Source: Trueperaceae bacterium (GTDB lineage: Bacteria; Deinococcota; Deinococci; Deinococcales; Trueperaceae). Taken from it: a stretch of 64,000 nt of DNA. Position numbers and translations under genes: made by a program. The notes under the pieces were generated by a model. The model was not told where the DNA came from and did not search any database. It saw only the letters and a list, made by a program, of their open reading frames with translations. Of this stretch, positions 28,869 to 39,272 are shown in pieces; positions within the stretch are counted from its first letter, which is position 1; each line of letters begins with the position of its first letter. The stretch spans positions 416,001 to 480,000 of the forward strand of contig OZ243956.1 of the NCBI GenBank assembly GCA_965214405.1. Direction: 5' to 3'.

Positions 28869-30392
28869 ATGCCAAGGGCTCTTTTAAGCGTATCGGACAA
28901 AACCGGCCTCGCCCCTTTCGCCTTGGGGTTGGTGAACGCGGGCTTCGACCTTCTCTCGACGGGCGGGACTCATGACGCGCTCGAGCGCGCGGGCGTGCTG
29001 GTGGAGCGAGTCGAGGACGTAACCGCATTCCCCGAGATTTTGGAGGGCCGGGTCAAGACGCTGCACCCGCTCATTCACGGCGGCATTCTTGCCAAGCGCA
29101 CAGAAGCGCATTTGGACGAGTTGCGCGCGCACGAGATTACGCCCATCGACTTAGTCGTCTCGAACCTCTACCCTTTTCAGGACACGGTAGCGCGCGGCGC
29201 GTCCGAAGACGAGGTGGTCGAGAACATCGACATCGGCGGCCCTAGCCTGCTCCGCGCGGCGGCCAAAAACTTTGAGGCGGTGCTGGTGGTGTGCGACCCG
29301 GCAGATTATGAAGGGGTGTTAGAAGCCTTACAAACGGGCGTCGAACCCGACTTTCGGCGCAGCTTGGCGCGCAAGGCTTTTGCCCACACCGCCGCCTACG
29401 ACGCGGCCATCGTGGGCTGGTTTGACAAAGAGGTAAAGCTGCCGGATACGCTGCCCGAAACACTGCACCTGAGCCTCGAGCGCGCCCAAGGGCTGCGCTA
29501 CGGCGAGAACCCGCACCAGCAAGCCGCGCGCTACCGTGAGGTGGGCGCGCGCGGCTGCTGGGACGAGGCGGCGCAGCACGGCGGCGCGGCGCTCTCTTAC
29601 CTCAACCTTTTCGACGCGGAGGCCGCCTGGCGGCTCGTCCACGAGTTTGACGCGCCGAGTTGCGTCATCGTCAAGCACGCCAATCCGTGCGGCGTGGCGG
29701 TGGCGGACACGCCCCAAGAGGCTTACACCAGGGCCTTCGCCTGCGACCCCAAATCAGCCTTTGGCGGCGTCGTGACGTTCAACCGTCCTGTGAGTTTGGC
29801 TCTGGCGGAGGCTATTCTGGCAAACCCCAAAGCGGACGTGCTCGTCGCCCCGGCGTTTGAGGAGGGCGCTCTGGAGAGACTGACGAGCAAACGCAAATCC
29901 ACGCGGGTCCTGAGCGCTCCCCCGCCCGGCCTGGCGGGCCTTCAACTGCGGCGGGTGGACGGCGGCTTCTTGGTGGGCGAACCCGACCACGTTTCCTTGG
30001 ACCGGAGCGCCTGGCGCGTCGTGACGGAGCGTGAGCCTAGTCAAGAACAGTGGCGGGACCTCGAGCTGTCCTGGACGGTCTGCGCCTACACGGGCTCCAA
30101 CGCCGTCGTTTTGGTCTCAGACGCTCAGGCAGTAGGCGTCGGCGCGGGGCAACAGAGCCGCGTGGACGCAGGCGAACTCGCCGCGCGCAAGGCGGCGGGG
30201 CGCGCCCAGGGCGGCGCGTGCGCGAGCGACGCTTTTTATCCTTTTCCCGACGGCGTCGAGGTCGCAGCGGCGGCGGGCGTGGGCGCGGTGATTCAACCCG
30301 GCGGGTCCATTCGAGATGATGAAGTGATTCAGGCGGCGAATAAACTTGGTTTGGCGATGGTATTTACAGGGGTGCGTCACTTTAGACACTAA
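28869..30392 (+). CDS. purH: Bifunctional AICAR transformylase / IMP cyclohydrolase
   Basis: ALLSVSDKTG, GRVKTLHP, IDIGGP, LRYGENPHQ, KHANPCG, TGVRHFRH. Confidence 0.97.
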   Translation: MPRALLSVSDKTGLAPFALGLVNAGFDLLSTGGTHDALERAGVLVERVEDVTAFPEILEGRVKTLHPLIHGGILAKRTEAHLDELRAHEITPIDLVVSNLYPFQDTVARGASEDEVVENIDIGGPSLLRAAAKNFEAVLVVCDPADYEGVLEALQTGVEPDFRRSLARKAFAHTAAYDAAIVGWFDKEVKLPDTLPETLHLSLERAQGLRYGENPHQQAARYREVGARGCWDEAAQHGGAALSYLNLFDAEAAWRLVHEFDAPSCVIVKHANPCGVAVADTPQEAYTRAFACDPKSAFGGVVTFNRPVSLALAEAILANPKADVLVAPAFEEGALERLTSKRKSTRVLSAPPPGLAGLQLRRVDGGFLVGEPDHVSLDRSAWRVVTEREPSQEQWRDLELSWTVCAYTGSNAVVLVSDAQAVGVGAGQQSRVDAGELAARKAAGRAQGGACASDAFYPFPDGVEVAAAAGVGAVIQPGGSIRDDEVIQAANKLGLAMVFTGVRHFRH

Positions 30393-30589
30393 GTTTAGGA
30401 TTTTGGTAAGCACAAGGAGAAAGTGGAAGAGGGGGATGGATAGGTTTGGCTCGAGACTATAATTTTGGCTCGAGCTGCTCAACATAAAGTGCGCTCGCTG
30501 CTCGCAAAAGGTTCAGCAAAAGTAACCCGTCGTTCTTAGAGTAGCACCCCAAAAAGCTCAAAAGTTTGTGGTACTCTGCTTTTCGCATT

Positions 30590-30656
30590 TTACATTATAT
30601 AGCTAAAGCTTACTACCTGTTGCAGGATTCTCAGCCTTGCATACAAGATGTGGTAC
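30590..30656. promoter_or_regulatory. Candidate NrdR boxes upstream of nrdJ
   Basis: TTACATTATATAGCTA (30590), TTACTACCTGTTGCAG (30610) and ATACAAGATGTGGTAC (30641) resemble acaCwAtATaTwGtgt; the last two are 31 bp apart. Confidence 0.6.
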
Positions 30657-30809
30657 GTGCTATGCTCCCCCTCTGGGTTCAAATCTTCGTATAAACACCT
30701 TGATTATTTTGAGTGATTTGTGTAAGATGTGAGTTATAAGTGTAATAAGTAGACAACAGCAAGCTGGCCCCAATCCTGAGATGTACCCATCACCCCCGGA
30801 GGTTCAACC

Positions 30810-33800
30810 GTGAAAGAATCCGTGACGCCCGCATCCTTTGACGAACACGCGGTGGCGATTGCCAAGCGGCAGTATTTTGGGCCGGGGGACGGTGACCTCC
30901 TGGGCATGTTTCGCCGCGTGGCCGCCTGGGTGGCCTCGCCCGAAGCGGGGGAAGCCAGAGAAGCGTATGAGGAGAAGTTTTACGACCTCATGGCGAGCAA
31001 GCGCTTCTGTCCCGGAGGCCGGGTCTTGGCGGGCGCGGCCACGAACCACGGCAACGTCCTCAACTGTTTTGTCCAGGACGGCTCTCCCGAAGAGGCGGGC
31101 ACCGACGCGTGGGTGCTCAGCCTAGCGACCAAACTCGCGCTGGTCACCAAGGTGGGCGGCGGCAACGGCTTGTGCTTAGACCCGCTCCCGCCCAAGCGCG
31201 CCTACCGGGGTCCGGCTGGCAAACTCTACCTGACGATTTCGCCGAGCCACCCCGACTACGACAAGGTCAAGACGGGCACCTATCTGGACCTCGTTCACGG
31301 CAAATATGCGACCAAGGGCTACCGCGTCGCGGCCTTTGTCGAGGAGAGCGACGCGCCGATGGTGGCGATTAAAGCTGTTGAGGTCGGCGACTCGGTCGAG
31401 AGCATCTGGAAGCGCGGCGGCGAAACCATCCTCAAGCTCTTGCGCGGCGAAGACGTGCTCTTAGACCTTTCGCGGCTCCGCCCGGAGGGCACGCCGGTCA
31501 AGGGGTCGGGGGGGAGTAGCAGCGGCCCCTCGTCGTTCGCGGTCGAGGTCTTTGACAACTTCGCGCTCTGGGCGTCTCTGGGCGGCGCGGCCTACGCGGG
31601 ACCCGTGGCGACGCTGCGTTATATATTTTCGCCCACGCTGAGGGTGATAAGGCAGGGCGGCTGTCTTCACCCCGACACGCTGGTCAACACGAGCAAAGGG
31701 ACGTTGCGCCTCAAAGAACTGGTTGACGCTTACCAGTACGGTTGGCAAGACCACGCGCTCAAAGTGGCAACCGACGAAGGCTGGCGAGACAGCCCGAGAG
31801 GCTTCAACAACGGCAACGCACTCACGCTCAAAGTCATCCTGGCGAACGGTGGAGAGATTCAGGGAACACCGAACCATAAGTTGAAGGTGATGCGTGAGGA
31901 CGGTTCGCGTGAGTGGGTCGCGCTGCAAGACCTTGAAAAGGGTGACCACGTCATCCAGGTGCTCGACCAGCACACGGGTGCGCCCGTCACTCTGACGCCT
32001 TTGGACGCGTCCGCGCTCCACCACAACGCCAAACGGATTTTCGCGCCGGAAACGCTCCATGAGCGGCTGGCCTTTTTCCTCGGCTACTTGTGGGGAGACG
32101 GCTTCGTGAGCGGCCACCGCGTCGGCTTCGCGGTGGCGCACGGCTCGCCGATGATGGAAGAGACGCCGAAGCTATTTGCGGAGCTTTTCGGCTTATCGGT
32201 GAGTTTAGAGCAGAAAGAGAATGACAAGAGTGCCATCTTCGTCACCAGCAGCGCGGCGCTCGTGACTTGGCTCGAGCAAAACGGCCTCAGCAAAGGCAAA
32301 GCGCGGGAGCTCGAGCTGCCCCGCGCCATCCGCCAAGCGCCGAGGCCGGTGGTGGGGGCGTTTCTAAAGGGCTTATTTGAGGCGGACGGCTCCGTCGCCG
32401 TGGGTTACCCGACGCTCTCCAGCGCGTCAAAAACCCTACTCCAAGATGTCGCCGTCATGCTGGCAGGCTTGGGCGTCCCCACCACGATGCGGGGCGTGGC
32501 GGCGCGCACCGACCGATACTCCCAAAGACCCATGTACCATCTCAAAGTTGTGAGCGCCAAAGGTCACGAACGCTTTTTGGAACGCGTCGGCTTCATGGCG
32601 GGCTCGCGTTTTGAGGCCCTACGTAGCTTTACGCCGGATGAGGCTCGAGAGTCGTCTTGGCCTCTTCCCCATGCAGGCGCGTTACTTCAGGCCACCTTTG
32701 ACACATCGCCCGCAGGGGTAAAAGGGCGCCCCTCGGTCTACACGCCAGCGCGTAAAAATCTGTCGCGCTATATCCGCGGCGAGCGGCAGCTCACCGCTAC
32801 CGGCTTTGAACGGCTGAGGCAGGACGTGCTTGTCGGGGACAAATTTCCGGAGTTTGCTTTTGACGAGTTTTACGTGCCGGTTAGGGCCGTTGAAGACGGT
32901 GGACGCATCTTGACGCTGGACTTGTCGGTTGACGAAAACAAAACCTACCTCGCCAACGGCGTCGTCAGCCACAATACAAGGCGTGGCGCTGGGATGGCGA
33001 CGATGTCGGTGACGAATCCCGACGTCGAAGATTTCATCACCTGCAAAGATTTGGCGCGCGAAAAAGAAGAGGGCGACATCTCGACCTTTAACATCTCCGT
33101 GCTCGTGACCGACGCGTTTATGGAGGAGAGCAAGCGAGGGGGCGAGGGCGTGCTGCAAAGTATCGCCGACCACGCCTGGCAGACGGGCGAGCCGGGACTT
33201 ATTTTTATCGACCGCATCAACCAGCACAACCCGATGCGGGGGGCGATGGGGGAGATTAGGGCGACCAATCCGTGCGTCACGGGAGACACCTGGGTTCACA
33301 CGCAGCTCGGTCCACGCCGGGTGAAAGAGCTTGTCGGCAGACGCTTTTGCGCCGTGGTTGACGGTAAAACCTACGGGGTAGAGAGCGACGGGTTCTGGTC
33401 CACGGGCGTCAAAGACGTGTTCAAGCTGCGGACCAAACGTGGGTTTGAGTTGCGCCTTACGGGGAACCATAAACTCAGCAAGGTGGTGCGGGCACGCGGG
33501 GGGCAGGAAACGGTTTGGACGGCGCTCGAACACCTCACCGTCGGGGACCGCGTTGCCCTGCAAAACCACCGCGAGGTGAAGCCGTGGAGCGGCAGGGGCA
33601 ACGTCATCGAGGGCTGGCTGCTGGGTTCTTTGGTCGGGGACGGCACGTTTGCTATGGACAAAGCCGAGCCGATGGCGTGCTTGGACTATTGGGGCGCGAC
33701 CCGTCAGGCACTGGCCGAACTGGCCCGTGACGGCATTGACAGGGTATGCGAACCCGGAAAGCTATGGGTCACCGACCTTAGCAGTAGAAACAAGATTCGC

Positions 33801-35864
33801 CTCGCCTCCTCAGGGCTTGCCAGACTCGCCGCGTCTTACGGCGTCGTCCACGGTCATAAAACGCTCACGGACGAAGTGGAGCGCTCGAGCTTCGATTTCT
33901 ACCGGGGCTTTTTAAGAGGACTCTTCGACGCAGACGGTTCACCCCAGGGGAGGCAGGCGAACGGCGTTTCAGTGCGTTTGGCGCAGTCGGACCTGCCCCT
34001 ACTCAAGGGTGTGCAGCGGATGCTAGCGCGCTTGGGTATCCTCTCCACAGTCTATGCGGAGCGCCGTCCCGCGGGCTACCGCGAATTACCCGACGGTCAG
34101 GGCGGGTCACGGGCTTATTTGTGCCGTGCGGATCACGAACTCGTCATCGCCAACGATAATCTTGCGGCCTTTCAAACCCTCGTCGGCTTTGAGGACGGCG
34201 CGAAGCGTGAGCGGTTGGAGGCACAGCTAAACGCTTATCAGCGCCCCCTAAATAAGGAGCGTTTTACGGACGAAATTGTCGAGATTGTACGGGACGGTGC
34301 GGAAGAAGTCTTTGACGTGACGGTAGAACATGTTCACGCTTTTGATGCAAATGGTATCTCAGCTCACAATTGCGGCGAAATTCCATTGTTTCCCGGCGAA
34401 CCCTGCGACTTAGGCGCTATCAACTTGGCCGCTTACGTAGGCACACCCAACAAGGGTGTAGACGGCTTCGACTGGCCCACCTTTCGCGCCGACGTGGCGA
34501 CCTGCATCAGGTTCTTGGACAACGTCTTGGAGGTTAACAAGTTCGCCTTGGAGGACAACCGCACCATGAGCATGAGGCTGCGCCGCTTAGGTCTCGGGGT
34601 GATGGGCCTGGCCGACGCGCTCGTCACGATGGGCTTGGCTTACGACTCCCCCGAAGGCCGCGAGGCGGTCGCGGCGATGATTGGCGAGCTGAGAGAGAGT
34701 GCGACCACCTCGAGCCGGACCCTAGCCGACGAGCGGGGCGCGTTTCCCGACTTTGCTAAGAGCGGCTTGGAACACCCGCGCCGCAACGTGGCCCTGTTGA
34801 CGGTGGCCCCCACAGGCACCACGAGCATGTTGATGGGGGTCTCGAGCGGCGTCGAGCCCATCTTCGCCCCCTTCGTCTACCGCAAAATCGGCGACTCGTA
34901 CGCCGCGCTCATCGCGCCCTTGTTCAAGGAGATGCTGGAGCGTCATGAGCCTCACCCCGACTGGCGCAAGGACGGCACCTGGGACTGGGACCGCGTGGTC
35001 GAGGCGGTCGGCGCGGCGCACGGCAGCGTGCAGAGCTTAGACTTTATCCCGGACGACATCAAGGCGGTGTTGCGGTGCGCCCACGACATCGCCCCGGAAG
35101 ACCACGTGGCGATGCAGGGCACCGTCCAGCGCACCTTTGACGAGGGCGGCGAGGGCGTCGCCAACTCGATTTCCAAAACCATCAACATGCCCAAAAACGC
35201 GACGGTTCGTGACGTATATGACGCCTACAGCCAAGCCTTTGACGAGAGCTGTAAGGGCATCACCGTCTACCGCGACGGTTCGCGCGACTTCCAGGTTTTG
35301 AGCACAAGCAAAGCGGCGGCAAGCAAAGACGCCAAAGACACCAAAAAAGCGACTCCGGCAGCCCAAACGTCCGTCCAGAAGCCCCTCCCCTCACCCGACG
35401 CGCGCCTTCCCGGCGAGCCGCTGTTCGACCGCCCAGGCCGTCTTACGGGTTTTACCGACAACGTCAAGCTGACCTTGCCTAACGGCGACCGCCGGAGCTT
35501 CTACATCACCGTCAACAAACAAGACGAGCTGCCCACCGAGGTCTTTATCAACGCGGGCAAGGCGGGCGACGAGTCCAACGCCGACTCCGAGGCGCTGGGC
35601 CGGGTGGTTTCTATTGCGTTGCAGTACGGCGTGCCCGCCGAGGCGGTCGTCAAGACGTTGCGCGGCATCAACGGCGGCATGTACGGCTCGTATCAGGGCC
35701 GCATGGTCGCTTCCAAGGCTGATTTGATTGCGGTGGCGCTCGAGACCGCCGGGGTCGAAAACGTCCTCAACAAGGGCGTAAGTTGCCCCGACTGCGGGGG
35801 TCCGCTACGCTTTGAGGAGGGTTGTCAAAAGTGTGGGAACTGCGGCTACAGCAAGTGCGGATAA
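30810..35864 (+). CDS. nrdJ: Class II (adenosylcobalamin-dependent) ribonucleotide reductase with two inteins; about 880 aa after splicing
   Basis: NCFV, QGG|TRRGAGM, NP|CGE, CDLG, APTGT, KGITVYRDGS; C-terminal TSCPD-like region and zinc ribbon; no beta-subunit gene alongside. Confidence 0.92.
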   Translation: MKESVTPASFDEHAVAIAKRQYFGPGDGDLLGMFRRVAAWVASPEAGEAREAYEEKFYDLMASKRFCPGGRVLAGAATNHGNVLNCFVQDGSPEEAGTDAWVLSLATKLALVTKVGGGNGLCLDPLPPKRAYRGPAGKLYLTISPSHPDYDKVKTGTYLDLVHGKYATKGYRVAAFVEESDAPMVAIKAVEVGDSVESIWKRGGETILKLLRGEDVLLDLSRLRPEGTPVKGSGGSSSGPSSFAVEVFDNFALWASLGGAAYAGPVATLRYIFSPTLRVIRQGGCLHPDTLVNTSKGTLRLKELVDAYQYGWQDHALKVATDEGWRDSPRGFNNGNALTLKVILANGGEIQGTPNHKLKVMREDGSREWVALQDLEKGDHVIQVLDQHTGAPVTLTPLDASALHHNAKRIFAPETLHERLAFFLGYLWGDGFVSGHRVGFAVAHGSPMMEETPKLFAELFGLSVSLEQKENDKSAIFVTSSAALVTWLEQNGLSKGKARELELPRAIRQAPRPVVGAFLKGLFEADGSVAVGYPTLSSASKTLLQDVAVMLAGLGVPTTMRGVAARTDRYSQRPMYHLKVVSAKGHERFLERVGFMAGSRFEALRSFTPDEARESSWPLPHAGALLQATFDTSPAGVKGRPSVYTPARKNLSRYIRGERQLTATGFERLRQDVLVGDKFPEFAFDEFYVPVRAVEDGGRILTLDLSVDENKTYLANGVVSHNTRRGAGMATMSVTNPDVEDFITCKDLAREKEEGDISTFNISVLVTDAFMEESKRGGEGVLQSIADHAWQTGEPGLIFIDRINQHNPMRGAMGEIRATNPCVTGDTWVHTQLGPRRVKELVGRRFCAVVDGKTYGVESDGFWSTGVKDVFKLRTKRGFELRLTGNHKLSKVVRARGGQETVWTALEHLTVGDRVALQNHREVKPWSGRGNVIEGWLLGSLVGDGTFAMDKAEPMACLDYWGATRQALAELARDGIDRVCEPGKLWVTDLSSRNKIRLASSGLARLAASYGVVHGHKTLTDEVERSSFDFYRGFLRGLFDADGSPQGRQANGVSVRLAQSDLPLLKGVQRMLARLGILSTVYAERRPAGYRELPDGQGGSRAYLCRADHELVIANDNLAAFQTLVGFEDGAKRERLEAQLNAYQRPLNKERFTDEIVEIVRDGAEEVFDVTVEHVHAFDANGISAHNCGEIPLFPGEPCDLGAINLAAYVGTPNKGVDGFDWPTFRADVATCIRFLDNVLEVNKFALEDNRTMSMRLRRLGLGVMGLADALVTMGLAYDSPEGREAVAAMIGELRESATTSSRTLADERGAFPDFAKSGLEHPRRNVALLTVAPTGTTSMLMGVSSGVEPIFAPFVYRKIGDSYAALIAPLFKEMLERHEPHPDWRKDGTWDWDRVVEAVGAAHGSVQSLDFIPDDIKAVLRCAHDIAPEDHVAMQGTVQRTFDEGGEGVANSISKTINMPKNATVRDVYDAYSQAFDESCKGITVYRDGSRDFQVLSTSKAAASKDAKDTKKATPAAQTSVQKPLPSPDARLPGEPLFDRPGRLTGFTDNVKLTLPNGDRRSFYITVNKQDELPTEVFINAGKAGDESNADSEALGRVVSIALQYGVPAEAVVKTLRGINGGMYGSYQGRMVASKADLIAVALETAGVENVLNKGVSCPDCGGPLRFEEGCQKCGNCGYSKCG
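31662..32975 (+). mobile_element. Intein 1 in NrdJ (438 aa) with LAGLIDADG endonuclease
   Basis: Starts CLHPDTLV, ends VVSHN before Thr+1; blocks LGYLWGDG and FLKGLFEADG. Confidence 0.92.
33273..34370 (+). mobile_element. Intein 2 in NrdJ (366 aa) with LAGLIDADG endonuclease, inserted at the catalytic NPCGE motif
   Basis: Starts CVTGDTWV, ends ISAHN before Cys+1; blocks LGSLVGDG and FLRGLFDADG. Confidence 0.93.
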
Positions 35865-36143
35865 TTTATATGCCTGCCCACACGTGCTCATGAAATGGTA
35901 GAGGGGGCGAGAAGGGCGTAAGACCACCCCCCCACAAAAAGGATGGGGTGCTCTTGGTTTTTTGTCAGCTTAATACCCAGACCGAGCGTGTTGAGGGGTA
36001 CACGAACTGTTTTGCGGAGCGGTTCAGTTGTGAGCTCGCGGTGGTGAGCTCGAGCTGCGGCCTTACCTACACTACGCAGGAGAAGAATTCTCCGCAACGG
36101 GCGAGGGCGACGGTTGAGGCGATGAGGGATGAGGTTAACTCAG

Positions 36144-37088
36144 CTATTCGTCAGTGACTTTTTCAAAACGTAAATTTCGCCTCATTGGTCTGATTACTTT
36201 CACTACATCATCTCGTATATTCCTTAGTTTAGAACGCATTTCGCCGAGACTCAGGCAGTTGCCATTCTCAAAGAGGTTGATGTATTGATTACAAACCTCA
36301 AGATGTCCTGCCCCATTTGAATAGGTAACCGGATTTTGTGCCCCTGCTGTAAGAAGAGAACATCCTAACTCACCACCAGCGATACTGAGTGATGGTCCAA
36401 AAGTATTGTCTGGTTGAATGGCCTCGGCGGAAAGTGCTCCGATATATGGCTCGCGTACTGAGAAACAGTAAGTAAATAAGCCGTGTCCAAGTCCTGATTC
36501 TTCCCAAGCAAATTCATCGTCCATACAGGATGCAAACACCTGGAACGGTACGAGTAACCTGCTATACTTGTTGAAACAAGAATCGAGAAGTTCGGTGATA
36601 AATGCGCCGGAGTGGCATGAGTCGAGTATGGTTGAAAGGCGTAATCGACCAGGAGGTGATACCTTCTCTGCAATCTGCGTAAGTACGTTTAGAAGATCGC
36701 TTGGAGTAACTACACCATCCTCGAGGACTAATGCACCATCATCCTGCTGCCCATGACCTGCAAAACAGAGTTGAAAACCTCCTCCGTCCCAGTCAGGGTG
36801 GTTGCGAAAACTTGCTAACCAAACTTCAATTTCAAATAATGCCTGGAAGAACTGTTCACGCGTTGGATTGCGTAGCCGCTTGTGAATTTCCTCCTTCCCC
36901 GAGTCAAAATTAGGTTCTTCAAAGTGATGTTCAAGAAAATTCACATCTGCTGTAGTGTACTTAAGATCAGCAGCCATCCGCGGCCTGAAGAGTTGTCTAT
37001 TCTGTTCATAGACAGGAGAAAACTCTGGCCCACTTGCAGATACTGAGAGGTATGCCATCCACTCTCGACGTTTGAGCCCAACAGGCAC
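36144..37088 (-). CDS. Caspase-like (peptidase C14) protein
   Basis: FAGHG and LDSCHSG His/Cys dyad, HGLFT; AGGAGG RBS before the GTG; AT-rich. Confidence 0.78.
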   Translation of the reverse strand: MPVGLKRREWMAYLSVSASGPEFSPVYEQNRQLFRPRMAADLKYTTADVNFLEHHFEEPNFDSGKEEIHKRLRNPTREQFFQALFEIEVWLASFRNHPDWDGGGFQLCFAGHGQQDDGALVLEDGVVTPSDLLNVLTQIAEKVSPPGRLRLSTILDSCHSGAFITELLDSCFNKYSRLLVPFQVFASCMDDEFAWEESGLGHGLFTYCFSVREPYIGALSAEAIQPDNTFGPSLSIAGGELGCSLLTAGAQNPVTYSNGAGHLEVCNQYINLFENGNCLSLGEMRSKLRNIRDDVVKVIRPMRRNLRFEKVTDE

Positions 37089-37169
37089 CTTGGCGATCCT
37101 CCTAAATCGTACTCAATCAGCTCGAGCCCCACTCACAAAACTCTGTAGCAAAGCTCGAGCTTCACAAGC

Positions 37170-38219
37170 CTACAGCGCGTACGACGCCCTAAGGTCCAAC
37201 GTATCAAAACGGTAGTCAATCGTGATGGGCTCGGTGAGTTCTAGGGTAGCCTCACCCGTCACGCGCACGCCCACGCGGACCATACGCGTCTCCAAAATCT
37301 CCTCCTGAACACCGGTAAGCGCGGCGCGCCCCGTCAGCGTCACCTCGTCTTGGCTCAGGTCGAGCGTCTGGGGCTCGCCAAAGGCGAACTGCGGCGATCC
37401 TAGGGGTTCGTCGCCGGGCGGGGCTATGTAAATTTGGGCGGTGAGGGTGCCGCTTGCACCAGCGTCATGGGAGAGGGTCACGTCGTAAATGAGGCTCAAG
37501 CCCACCACGTCACCCGGACCCGGCACCTCTTGGTCGCTAAAGTCGAAACGTTCGCCGTCGGCGTCGGGCAGGAGTTCATCGAGCCCGGCGCTCACGCTTT
37601 CAACGTCCAGCGTAAGAGTCTGAAACGCGTACGAGAGGGACACTTCACCCGCGGTCACGACGCCCAGATTTCCCGAAAGCTTTAACGCCAGACGGACTTT
37701 TTTCTCATTGACAGCTTCTAGCTGCGCCTCGTTGAGCGGGACGTTGGCCTCGAGCACCGCCCCCTCACCCAACGTAAACGTCTGCGCGGGTCCCAGCGCG
37801 TAGGCCGGTTGAACGGCGTTTCCGCCGTCTACGGGTGCCAGGTAAGGCTGAACCGCCAAGGTACCCGTAAGGTTGCGGCTTTGCAGCGCTATTGCGTAGC
37901 TTAGCGTGGCCCCCTCGAGCGTCGCGGGCAGCGTTTCATTACTGAAGTCGAGGAGCACCCCCGACGCGCTTGGAAAGGTGAGCGACACGGGCAGCGTTAC
38001 CCCGCCGATGGGAGACACCTCTCGGTAGTTGCCCGTGATGGCGCTTCCCAACAGCGGCAGGAGGTTGACGGTTGTGTCGGGCGTCTCGAGCGCAAAAGAC
38101 CCCGAGGTTTGGGGCAGCACCTCGAGCAGATCGACGTTAAAGCGGAGCGGCGCAAAGCTGCACGCCGCGAGACCCAGGGTGAGCCCCACGAAGAGCCACG
38201 GTCGCGTAAGTTTTTTCAT
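37170..38219 (-). CDS. Uncharacterised lipoprotein with two internal repeat domains
   Basis: MKK...LAAC lipobox; repeats DFSNETLP...GTLAVQPYLAP and DFSDQEVP...GTLTAQIYIAP. Confidence 0.75.
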   Translation of the reverse strand: MKKLTRPWLFVGLTLGLAACSFAPLRFNVDLLEVLPQTSGSFALETPDTTVNLLPLLGSAITGNYREVSPIGGVTLPVSLTFPSASGVLLDFSNETLPATLEGATLSYAIALQSRNLTGTLAVQPYLAPVDGGNAVQPAYALGPAQTFTLGEGAVLEANVPLNEAQLEAVNEKKVRLALKLSGNLGVVTAGEVSLSYAFQTLTLDVESVSAGLDELLPDADGERFDFSDQEVPGPGDVVGLSLIYDVTLSHDAGASGTLTAQIYIAPPGDEPLGSPQFAFGEPQTLDLSQDEVTLTGRAALTGVQEEILETRMVRVGVRVTGEATLELTEPITIDYRFDTLDLRASYAL

Positions 38220-38357
38220 GACATCCCCCTTGGATGAAGTGACGGCGGTGACGACGGGTGTTTCTGTCAGATGTAAAGAATCATACACATGCGGGGACGT
38301 TTAGGATGTCGCTCGTCATTTCTTGAGGGGTTGTCGGTAGGTTGTTAGAGCCGCAGG

Positions 38358-39272
38358 TCAAGGCCCCAGCACAAGGTTGATGATTTGCCGCGGTCCCATG
38401 TTGGTGCGAAGCTGGGGGATAATACGCAAAAGCGCGGGCGCGCCGATAGACGGGCCGACGAAAAGCACCGCGTACTGACGAACGCCCGCCAAGTCGGGCG
38501 CGGTAAAGTCGAAGTAGGCAGTTTCTTCTCCCTCGGGCACGTAAAAGAGGTCTTGAGGCGAGGGCGGGTCGGTCCGCACGATCACCATTTGCGCGGCGTT
38601 ATTGGCTAAAAATAACTTTTCCGCGGTGGCGACGGGGGCGTAGACGAAGCGGGTGATGGGCGTGGCGCAGGTTTCCAGGCCCCCAAGCACGCTCTCCACG
38701 CCACCCTCCAGAGACACTGAGGCGGGCGGGCGCATGACGATCATCCGCGGGTAGGGCGACACCTTGCGCGCCACCGCCCAGAAGATCACGGCGTCGGGAT
38801 TGGCGGAGTCGCGTGGGTCGGACGCCACGAGCGCGACAGGCTCGAGCCTCGGCGCAATCTCATCTATAAGTCCGCTCAGCGTCTCCGCAAGGTCTCGGTT
38901 AGTGAGTTCAGCCGCCACGAGCGGCGGGGTTTGGTCATACCAACCCGCAAGACGGGAAAGCATCTGCACCCACACGCCCGCCTCTAAGGTGTCCGGTTGC
39001 CAGTTGGGGGGCAACAGGCCCCGCTCGGCGAGAAAGCGTATGGTCTCATAGTCGGGGTCGTCAAAGGACAGCAACTCGCTCGGCGCTTCGAAGAGGGGGG
39101 GGAGGGCGGGCTCGAGTTCATTCACCGCCCTCTGGAGCAGCCGCGCCGCGTCCCGCCCGCTCGCCCTTTCGCCCGGCGCGCTGAGCACCGCCTGCAACTC
39201 GGGCAGACAGCGCTGCGCGAGTGAGAAACTCGTTACCAGCAAGAGACAAAGAATGGTCAAGCGTCGCGTCAT
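38358..39272 (-). CDS. Uncharacterised secreted protein
   Basis: Signal peptide MTRR...SLA; TAAACT 6 nt before ATG 39272. Confidence 0.7.
   Translation of the reverse strand: MTRRLTILCLLLVTSFSLAQRCLPELQAVLSAPGERASGRDAARLLQRAVNELEPALPPLFEAPSELLSFDDPDYETIRFLAERGLLPPNWQPDTLEAGVWVQMLSRLAGWYDQTPPLVAAELTNRDLAETLSGLIDEIAPRLEPVALVASDPRDSANPDAVIFWAVARKVSPYPRMIVMRPPASVSLEGGVESVLGGLETCATPITRFVYAPVATAEKLFLANNAAQMVIVRTDPPSPQDLFYVPEGEETAYFDFTAPDLAGVRQYAVLFVGPSIGAPALLRIIPQLRTNMGPRQIINLVLGP

Noticed and set aside
30393..30809. Cobalamin riboswitch before nrdJ
   Set aside because: No B12-box pattern; the AT-rich region is better explained by a promoter and NrdR boxes.
35948..36157. 69-aa ORF after nrdJ
   Set aside because: It starts inside a terminator-like hairpin, has no clear RBS and no recognisable motif.
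36941..37132. Frameshifted N-terminus for the caspase-like gene
   Set aside because: GTG 37088 has its own AGGAGG RBS, so no frameshift is needed.
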